A stretch of DNA of 24,000 nt from Jeotgalibacillus sp. JSM ZJ347. Lineage in GTDB: Bacteria > Bacillota > Bacilli > Bacillales > Jeotgalibacillaceae. This document shows, piece after piece, positions 16,692 to 23,205 of the stretch. Under the pieces are notes generated by a model. That model was not told the origin of the DNA, made no database searches, and saw only the letters and a list, made by a program, of their open reading frames with translations. Made by a program: the position numbers and the translations under genes. The DNA lies in NCBI RefSeq assembly GCF_044383825.1, contig NZ_JBISEN010000005.1, forward strand, positions 53,095 to 77,094, written 5' to 3'. The stretch's first letter is position 1; every line of letters starts with the position of its first letter.

Positions 16692-17807
16692 TCAATAGAG
16701 TTTGTCAAATATTTTCATCACCAATTTATTTTTGGTTATTTTTAGAGGTTGAGGTATTCCAATATTATTGGCAATTAAATGAAGTTGAGAAAGAGTAGCT
16801 TTGTTATAGTTATAAATCTGCGGTGCTTGTGAAAGGTTTAAAGAAAATAATAATTTTTTATTTTTTTTACTAAACAATCTGGAGGTATTAATTTGTTTAG
16901 CAATTTCTTTATTTAGTAAATCATAGCTTTCATATCTATTAATACGTTTATAACTATTTTTAAATCCATAAGATACTATTTTATTAGTAGAATATTTTTT
17001 TGTTTCAACTTTCCACAAAAGATTTCTTAAAGAATAATATAAGATATAAACATCCGATTGATTTCTGCTGCTATGAAAATAACGTGAAAATAATTCTTGG
17101 ATCTTTTTTATATATTTTTTAATTTTATCATTACTAACAGAAACGTCGATTTCATTTGAACCGTTGCTACTTTTGAAGGAATAACCAAGATATGAAAAAT
17201 CAAAATTGTTTTCTTTATTAACAACTTGTAGTTGAGTTTTATCATTTAGTTCTAACTGATAATTTTTCAAAAGCTTTTCAACTAAAGATATTAAATGATC
17301 TTTTTGTTCTTTGTGGTTACCATAAATCACTACAATAATATCATCTACAAATCTTTCATAGAGTTGTATATTAGGAAGAATAATCGGCATAAGTTGATCA
17401 AATTCTTCAAGATAAATTTCTGACAACGATGAAGAAAAGCTTATTCCCTGTGGCAACCCTTTAACCTTATTAGAAAACACGATTTCTTTCACCTTATTTA
17501 ACGAGTTCTCTTTTAACATCATAGACTTATTTAATTTTTGATACAGTTTATGAGTATTTATACTCTCAAAAAAATTCTTCACATCAAATCTTAAAATTGT
17601 CAGAGATGTCCCTTTAGCTATTTTTTCATTTTTATTACTTAAAACAGTTAATAAAGCATCAATTATGTAATCTCTGTTTTTATCTATTAATCTATACTTA
17701 TTTTTAAGTTCTAAATGAATCTGATAGTCAACTAGTTTTTGACTCGAAGGCGCTACATAAATATTACGATTTTTTATTATTAGACGCTTATATTTAGAAA
17801 CTTTCAA
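16692..17807 (-). CDS. Reverse transcriptase, compact form (371 aa), non-retron, non-intron; candidate defence RT (UG8/DRT3b-like by size and context)
   Basis: RT motifs read in the translation: IIKNRNIYVAPSSQKLVDYQI (RT1/2-like), LRFDVKNFFESINTHKL (motif A Asp), GLPQGISFSSSLSEIYLEEFD (motif B), YERFVDDIIVV (motif C, FVDD in place of YxDD), LELNDKTQ, and SYLGYSF (motif 7). TTG start with AAGGAG 10 nt upstream. Confidence 0.85.
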   Translation of the reverse strand: MKVSKYKRLIIKNRNIYVAPSSQKLVDYQIHLELKNKYRLIDKNRDYIIDALLTVLSNKNEKIAKGTSLTILRFDVKNFFESINTHKLYQKLNKSMMLKENSLNKVKEIVFSNKVKGLPQGISFSSSLSEIYLEEFDQLMPIILPNIQLYERFVDDIIVVIYGNHKEQKDHLISLVEKLLKNYQLELNDKTQLQVVNKENNFDFSYLGYSFKSSNGSNEIDVSVSNDKIKKYIKKIQELFSRYFHSSRNQSDVYILYYSLRNLLWKVETKKYSTNKIVSYGFKNSYKRINRYESYDLLNKEIAKQINTSRLFSKKNKKLLFSLNLSQAPQIYNYNKATLSQLHLIANNIGIPQPLKITKNKLVMKIFDKLY

Positions 17808-18064
17808 AGGTAATTCACTCCTTTTAAAGGTATGGCTAGGTGGTAAGCAAGCTCACCACCTTATCACCCCTCAACAAGCGGGTAATATTGGAGCTTAATT
17901 ATATAATGAATCAAGATCCCTAATGTGTGTGCAAGGAGCAGGTACTGTTCAACAGTATAATGTAAAAGCTTGACCGATCTAACAGTATATAAGTTGAATA
18001 AACCATTTCCCGTGTTACTTTTGGCCGATACCTCTGTTATTATAATAAGAAATAAAACAAAAAA
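17808..18064. ncRNA. Candidate structured non-coding RNA / shared control region between the two divergent RT genes (orientation unknown)
   Basis: 257 bp without a credible ORF. Patches are visibly more GC-rich than the surrounding island (for example 17832-17895). Features are a hairpin AGGTGGT-N10-ACCACCT (17838-17861), a palindrome TACTGTT-c-AACAGTA (17943-17957), direct repeats AACAGTATA (17951-17959 and 17981-17989) and TG(A/G)CCGAT (17971-17978 and 18022-18029), and a (TG)4 tract (17924-17931). The RNA itself is inferred, not demonstrated. Confidence 0.35.
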
Positions 18065-18079
18065 ATGGAAGAGGTTATT

Positions 18080-19966
18080 ATGAAAAATAAGTTTTTTCTT
18101 AAAACTGATGTTTTACCTTCAGAATTGCCAATAAATTTCACAAACAAAAACCTATATTTAGCAAAAAAGGATTTTTCGAATAAGATATATACTATTCCTT
18201 ATAATTTTGAAATCCCTAAACCTAATTCAATTAATAATAGGGTATTGAGTTTGCCTCATCCCATTGCACAATTACAAATGATGAATTTTATTGATGCATT
18301 TAAGTTTAATATAACTAGTTTTTGTTCGCTGTCACCCTTCAGTATAAGATCTCCTTATAAAATAAATTCAATAAATACTCATTTAATAAAAAGAAAGCTA
18401 CAAAAAATTACATATGACAATGAACAGTTTTTTAATGCTGATGATAAATATATGATCAGGCTATCTTATAACGATGTTGTTGAAGAATATCATAATTTTT
18501 TTAGATACAAGAAATTTAGTATGCTTACTCAATTTTTAAATTCTCCCATATATCATCGATCGAAATCTAAGTATGATAATTTTATGAAATTAGATATCCA
18601 AAATTATTTTGACTCAATTTACACCCATTCTATAGAATGGGCATTGGCAGGTGATAAATACAGTATCAAAACAGGGTCTTTAAATACAAATACTGATGAC
18701 TTTCTGAAGGCTATAGATTTAATATGTCAACAGATAAATTACAAAGAAACCAACGGAATCATAATAGGTCCAGAATTCTCTAGGATTATATCTGAAATTC
18801 TTTTAACAAGAATTGATTTAAATATATTTAGGGATTTGTTTGATGTTGGATTAAAATATAATAAAGATTATATTATTTATCGTTATATTGATGATTACTT
18901 TATTTTTTTCAATAATGTTAGTGATATGAATGATGATAAAATTAAAGGAATAATTAGTAATAGACTTAAAGAATACAAATTATCATTAAACGATAACAAA
19001 TATGCTTTAGCAGATTCCAAAACTACTTTAGAAGATGACAGTATTGTCACATTAATCAAAGTAATAGATTACTTTTCCCAAAAATATTTCGAAACTTCTA
19101 ACTTTGATAATCGTATGAAATACATAAGTAATTTCTTAATTGATTTTGAAGTTATTATACAAAAATACCCTACTAAAAAACAAAAGTTAGTAAGATATAC
19201 CTTAAAGTCTCTAAATAAATTTATCAAAACTACCAAGGTGGAACGTGACCGGAAATTAATATTCGAACTAGCTTTACACTTATTTTCTCATTCTCCTGAA
19301 TATTATAGTTCTAGGTATTACTATACTTTTTTTCTTAAATGTATAGAATTCTCTAAAAAAGAAAAAATGGACAAGAGTCTGCTACGCAAGTTAGATGAAG
19401 ACGCTTTTCATTTTATGGTGAAAGCTTTAAAACAGAATTCAAATCACTTCCCTAAAATATACGATTTACTTATAGCAATGAAATTTTTAGATAAGAAAAT
19501 ATCCTCTTCTTTACTTTGTTCACTAATTGAAAAACATAAAAACGATTATTTCAGTCTTTGCACAATTGCATTATATATATTAAATGAAGACAAAATTGTT
19601 ACTAAGCAATATATTATTGTGCTTAAAAAAATTATTTCCACTCTGGATTTCTTTTTAAAAAATTATACTCAAAAAAGCCCAAAGAAATATCAAGACGCTT
19701 TTTACTTCTATCTAATTAATGACTTTTATCATTATCCTGGGTTCAACAAAAATTTTATTACAAAAAAAATTCATATGTCTTTAAAAAATGAATATAATGA
19801 GATGAAAAAAAATATGAATTTAGAATCATCTGTAACTCCTTCTGAGATTGATGTATTAATCAACAGATCTTATTTTAATTGGACCTGTAAGTTTGAATGG
19901 TTCTTTAAAAGAAGTATTCTTAAATCTGAAAACATTTCAAATGATACTATTAATAGCGATTATTAA
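18080..19966 (+). CDS. Reverse transcriptase, large UG/Abi-type (628 aa from ATG 18080; 633 aa from track start 18065) with a long helical C-terminal extension
   Basis: Motifs: LPSELPINF ... RVLSLPHPIAQLQ (N-terminal RT region), FMKLDIQNYFDSIYTHSIEWAL (motif A plus the SIYTHS signature I associate with Abi/UG defence RTs), NGIIIGPEFSRIISEILLTRID (motif B), and YRYIDDYFIFF (YxDD). About 330 aa of Lys/Tyr/Phe-rich helical sequence follows. GAGG lies 5 nt upstream of ATG 18080. Confidence 0.85.
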   Translation: MKNKFFLKTDVLPSELPINFTNKNLYLAKKDFSNKIYTIPYNFEIPKPNSINNRVLSLPHPIAQLQMMNFIDAFKFNITSFCSLSPFSIRSPYKINSINTHLIKRKLQKITYDNEQFFNADDKYMIRLSYNDVVEEYHNFFRYKKFSMLTQFLNSPIYHRSKSKYDNFMKLDIQNYFDSIYTHSIEWALAGDKYSIKTGSLNTNTDDFLKAIDLICQQINYKETNGIIIGPEFSRIISEILLTRIDLNIFRDLFDVGLKYNKDYIIYRYIDDYFIFFNNVSDMNDDKIKGIISNRLKEYKLSLNDNKYALADSKTTLEDDSIVTLIKVIDYFSQKYFETSNFDNRMKYISNFLIDFEVIIQKYPTKKQKLVRYTLKSLNKFIKTTKVERDRKLIFELALHLFSHSPEYYSSRYYYTFFLKCIEFSKKEKMDKSLLRKLDEDAFHFMVKALKQNSNHFPKIYDLLIAMKFLDKKISSSLLCSLIEKHKNDYFSLCTIALYILNEDKIVTKQYIIVLKKIISTLDFFLKNYTQKSPKKYQDAFYFYLINDFYHYPGFNKNFITKKIHMSLKNEYNEMKKNMNLESSVTPSEIDVLINRSYFNWTCKFEWFFKRSILKSENISNDTINSDY

Positions 19967-20007
19967 TTGAAATATTGACAAATCAAAATCATATTATAAA
20001 AAACAAA

Positions 20008-20086
20008 CCCTGCGTTAGAAGTTATTTATGTCGACAATCAAAATCAGTTAACCTTAAAAAGATTGTTCAGCGCAGGGTATTTTTTT
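20008..20086. terminator. Bidirectional terminator-like element with an unusually large (56-nt) loop
   Basis: AAAAAACAAA-CCCTGCG ... CGCAGGG-TATTTTTTT. It has an A-run upstream and a T-run downstream, so either strand reads stem plus U-tract. An inner helper stem is GACAATC / GATTGTT. It lies between the large RT gene (+) and DegV (-). Confidence 0.5.
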
Positions 20087-20161
20087 ATTAGATTTTTATA
20101 AAACTCAATTTTATGTAGTTAGTACTTTCCCTATGATAAGTAACTGTCAGTTTAATCTTTT

Positions 20162-21025
20162 TTATAGCTTTTTTAAATTCTCCAACCCCGCAACCCCAAA
20201 TCCCCCAGGTCCCGAATGCGTCGAAATCATCCCACCAGCCTGAATCCATCTAACATTTTCAAATCCATTCTCCTTCGCAACTTCATCCATCCGTTGCTTG
20301 ATCCCCTCATCAAGTCCAATCGAATAAATCAGATACAGTTGCTCTCTATCAATATCGAATTCTTTTAAGTAATCACTAAAAAGCTTCTCAGTCGCTCCGC
20401 TCATTTTCCCGCGGTATTTCTTTGTGGAGACGAGCTTTCCACCCTTTAATTCGATGCATGGCTTTATTTTCAGCAGTGCGCCGATCAGGGAAGCCATGTT
20501 GCTGACGCGGCCTCCTGCTTTTAGAAATTCGAGGCTGCCCGGGATGAAGGCGAGTTTTGATTTTGGAACGACTGCTTCTATTTTTTCGATTAAGTGTGCT
20601 GGTTCGATGTCAGGTTCTTTTTCCAGTAAGTCAGCAGCATATAATACAACAGCTGCTAATCCTCCGGTTACGTTTAGCGCGTCGATCAGGTGGAGGTTTT
20701 CGAATTCTTCTGCAGCGATGACTGCGTTTTGAAAGGATGAGGATGCCTGTGATGTATAGCCGATATGTACGATGGTGCTGTCAGGGTACTGTTCTTTGAT
20801 AGATGTGAAAAACTCCTGGTACTCGTGAATATTCGTGGCGGTGGTGGAAGGTATTTTCTTCGTGCGGTCATAGTAGTCATAGATGTCCTGGACTGGTAAA
20901 GAGCCGTCCAGATAATCTTTTCCGTCCATGATGATGTGCATGGGAACGACTTGCAGATTGTACTTTTCAACTAGATCCTTCGGCAGGTCGGCGCCGCTTT
21001 CGGTTGATAGGATGATGTTAGGCAT
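20162..21025 (-). CDS. DegV-family fatty-acid-binding protein
   Basis: MPNIILSTESGADLPKDLVEKYNLQVVPMHIIMDGKDYLDG is a typical DegV N-terminus. The start is chosen at ATG 21025, with GGGGGA upstream. The track's 41-aa extension lacks an RBS. Confidence 0.85.
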   Translation of the reverse strand: MPNIILSTESGADLPKDLVEKYNLQVVPMHIIMDGKDYLDGSLPVQDIYDYYDRTKKIPSTTATNIHEYQEFFTSIKEQYPDSTIVHIGYTSQASSSFQNAVIAAEEFENLHLIDALNVTGGLAAVVLYAADLLEKEPDIEPAHLIEKIEAVVPKSKLAFIPGSLEFLKAGGRVSNMASLIGALLKIKPCIELKGGKLVSTKKYRGKMSGATEKLFSDYLKEFDIDREQLYLIYSIGLDEGIKQRMDEVAKENGFENVRWIQAGGMISTHSGPGGFGVAGLENLKKL

Positions 21026-21217
21026 GTGAACTCCCCCTTGGTTGTTTGTAGCGTTTGTTTTTCCAGTTATTGCTTTAACTATACAGGAGATTGTGGGGTT
21101 AGTGATGTGACAAATATAATTTTTTGGAAGAAAAAAGCTCCTTCTCATTTTTGTGAGAAGGAACTCTTGAACTTTTGACAGTCAAACTTTTCGGACAATC
21201 ACTATATTACATATTCT

Positions 21218-21682
21218 CTAATCTACCGTCTCTTCACTATCGAGTAACACATAATAGATCGCATAAACGATAGAAAACAAAATAATCAAACCTAAAAATG
21301 AGAATTCAATTCTTCTAAAATATACATCTGTTACTACTTTAAATACAACTGCACAAATAACAAGTTGTATGAGGTAATTAAAAATCATGACTTTTTTAGT
21401 AATCGAGTAATCAATCATACTAAATAGTATTTTTGAACAAGTATCAAGCAGAGTTGATAAGATATAAATTAAAAAGAATAAGAGCCCGAAGTACAGAACA
21501 TTGTTGAGAACCCCATCATAAAAATCAATTTTTGCTAAACCTCATTCGTTAATGATTCTATAAAATCCAAAGGAACCCAAGAATGGGAAAGATATAAATA
21601 CATTAGCGATTATAATTGCCATTATAGCAACGGTTACAGCAGCTAAAATACCACCTTTATCTACTTTTTTCCGATCACCCAT
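21218..21682 (-). pseudogene. Small polytopic membrane protein gene interrupted by a single in-frame TGA (21544-21542)
   Basis: ATG 21682 has AAGGAG upstream and opens 46 codons (MGDRKKVDKGGILAAVTVAIMAIIIANVF...). A TGA follows, and the same frame then continues open (GLAKIDFYDGVLNNVLYFGLLFFLIYIL...) into the track's 66-aa ORF, ending at 21218. The frame was checked by hand. Confidence 0.55.
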
Positions 21683-21895
21683 CGCCAACAACTCTCCTTG
21701 AAGCTACAACTAGCATCACACATCGAAGCCAAAGCGTTAACGCACATAATCAATGTAATGATCTTCTAATAATATATGCTAATTATAGGAATTATTGACC
21801 AAAACACTTGACTCTATTATATGGATAATTTACCATTAAATTGTAAACTAGTTGCGCAACTTGTAATCTACAGACAAAATAACAAGGAGGATTTT

Positions 21896-22573
21896 ATGTT
21901 ATTTAGTAAAGTCTTTAAAAAGTCATTCTTTTCACTGATAGTAACTTTACTTTTTGTAGGGATGATATCCCCAGCCTATTCAAGTGCAGAAACTGTTGAC
22001 TCAAATTCAGTAGAAAATGGTCTGCCAATGGAAACCATAAACTTAGCTGATAAGTATATCACAGTTACTAATAATAAATTCGTCATAACCGATAGCGAAG
22101 AATTAAAGAATGAAATTGGAGAAAAAGAGTTTAATATCGTTGAAAATTTAGTAAAAGAGAATAATGAATTGTTAAAAGAAAATTGGAATCCCAATATAGT
22201 AAAACAAGGCAATAAATTTACTGAATCAGTACAGAATGAGGCAAGTGGTCAATTCACTGTTCAAGCTGTAAATGCCTCTCAGTATATAGACGTTGATTAT
22301 ACTTGGTGGGGGATGCAAGTTTATTTTTCTTCATCAGCGATTACTGATCTTAATGATTTCCTTGCAATTAATGGTATTGTAGGTGGCTTAGGTGCTGCTG
22401 ATGGAATTAAAAGCTTTCTAGCTAAGAATGGGTATAAAGTAACTTCAAAAGCATTAGGTCCTGTAGCGCTATTCTCTGGTGGAGTTAGTTGGGCTATGAG
22501 TAAAGTAGATAAAGGCAATGGAGTAAATCTAAATTGTGTACTTTACGTGCCGGCCACTATTACAGCAGCATAA
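21896..22573 (+). CDS. Secreted hypothetical protein (Sec signal peptide)
   Basis: The start is ATG 21896, with AAGGAGG upstream. MLFSKVFKKSFFSLIVTLLFVGMISPAYS/SAETV looks like a signal peptide with an AYS-SA cleavage site. The C-terminal part is Gly/Ala-rich. No family was recognised. Confidence 0.65.
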   Translation: MLFSKVFKKSFFSLIVTLLFVGMISPAYSSAETVDSNSVENGLPMETINLADKYITVTNNKFVITDSEELKNEIGEKEFNIVENLVKENNELLKENWNPNIVKQGNKFTESVQNEASGQFTVQAVNASQYIDVDYTWWGMQVYFSSSAITDLNDFLAINGIVGGLGAADGIKSFLAKNGYKVTSKALGPVALFSGGVSWAMSKVDKGNGVNLNCVLYVPATITAA

Positions 22574-22578
22574 TTTAA

Positions 22579-22625
22579 AAGATCACCTCTTAATATCACA
22601 TTATAGTGAATTAAGAGGTGATCTT
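22579..22625. terminator. Bidirectional terminator hairpin (16-bp perfect stem)
   Basis: AAGATCACCTCTTAAT-N15-ATTAAGAGGTGATCTT, between the convergent secreted-protein gene and the 53-aa gene. Confidence 0.65.
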
Positions 22626-22652
22626 ATATTATAAGCAGAGTTTACGAAAAGT

Positions 22653-22814
22653 CTATTTTCTATTAAAACTTATCCCTATTGAAAGCCCACAAATTATCGC
22701 TAACACAAATATGTATCCTGAACTAACATCAAAGCCAAATTGTAGAGTGGCAACTATGACGAGTAAAATTAAACCAACGATAAATAGTAGAGGTCTTTTA
22801 ATAATACCCAACAT
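22653..22814 (-). CDS. 53-aa hypothetical membrane protein (below the ORF-track size cut-off)
   Basis: My translation is MLGIIKRPLLFIVGLILLVIVATLQFGFDVSSGYIFVLAIICGLSIGISFNRK, which has two hydrophobic helices. AAAGGAGGG lies immediately upstream. It replaces the antisense track ORF 22618..22863(+). Confidence 0.45.
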   Translation of the reverse strand: MLGIIKRPLLFIVGLILLVIVATLQFGFDVSSGYIFVLAIICGLSIGISFNRK

Positions 22815-23205
22815 TATCCCTCCTTTATCCCGATCAATTACTAGAATTATTTACATTGTATAGAATATATTAGGATTTTTCAAATTATATATATACATTT
22901 AAAAATTTGCGTTTCTATAAGTTGCTATAGAAAAGTGATCAAAGGAATTACTCTTTTAGATAATCATGAAGTCTTGATTATTTAATATATGGTTGCAGTT
23001 CATATTTTTAAATGCAGTGATTTTCACTGTGTATTTGAATACACTAATATACTGATAAATAAAAAGGAATTTAAAAATGTGAATAAAGAACCTGCAAGAA
23101 TTAATGGTAATATCTATGTTAATCTGAATAGAGACGATAAGCAAAGTTACATTTTCAGAACAGGATCAGTCAAAATGTACCTGACGTATTAATGGGGGAA
23201 TCAAT

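Noticed and set aside
17943-17957. TACTGTT-c-AACAGTA as a LexA/SOS box
   Set aside because: The CTGT/ACAG halves recall the E. coli SOS box, but the spacing is far too short. The Bacillus LexA consensus (CGAAC-N4-GTTCG type) is different. It is treated only as a generic palindrome or hairpin.
16692-18064. Retron (RT plus upstream msr/msd) interpretation of the 371-aa RT and the adjacent structured region
   Set aside because: The RT lacks the retron signatures I know: NAxxH between RT motifs 2 and 3, and VTG after motif 7. I could not find long flanking a1/a2 inverted repeats bracketing the region. A diverged retron is not strictly excluded without an HMM or phylogeny.
16465-18064. Group II intron-encoded RT
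   Set aside because: At 371 aa there is no maturase X or endonuclease extension. The flanks show no domain V/VI-like structures or intron boundary motifs. The gene has its own strong RBS and lies in an intergenic island rather than interrupting a gene.
19000-19966. HEPN domain (Rx4-6H) in the C-terminal half of the large RT, as in AbiA
   Set aside because: Only R-x7-H and R-x8-H spacings were found by eye, so the HEPN call is not supported from sequence alone. It is kept as an open question in the findings.
14616-20104. Island as a prophage, transposon or integrative element
   Set aside because: No integrase, transposase, recombinase or phage structural gene is present, and no clear long terminal repeats. 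Only a weak low-complexity direct-repeat candidate marks the junctions.
2701-21895. N-terminal extensions of track ORFs (2701-2775, 5219-5263, 8453-8482, 8517-8561, 11364-11384, 13921-13965, 18065-18079, 21026-21148, 21821-21895)
   Set aside because: In each case an internal start codon has a proper Shine-Dalgarno sequence at 5-10 nt and gives a family-typical N-terminus. The extension either overlaps the upstream gene or lacks an RBS. For GntR (13921 vs 13966) and GntP the choice remains uncertain.
20424-22518. Track ORFs 20424..20732(+), 20686..20970(-), 21976..22212(-) and 22321..22518(-)
   Set aside because: They overlap DegV or the secreted-protein gene, antisense or out of frame, and are not supported.
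22618-23192. Track ORFs 22618..22863(+), 22956..23144(-) and 22989..23192(+)
   Set aside because: The first is antisense to a better-supported 53-aa minus-strand ORF that has a strong RBS. The other two are mutually overlapping ORFs in an AT-rich gap, without RBSs and with low-complexity products.
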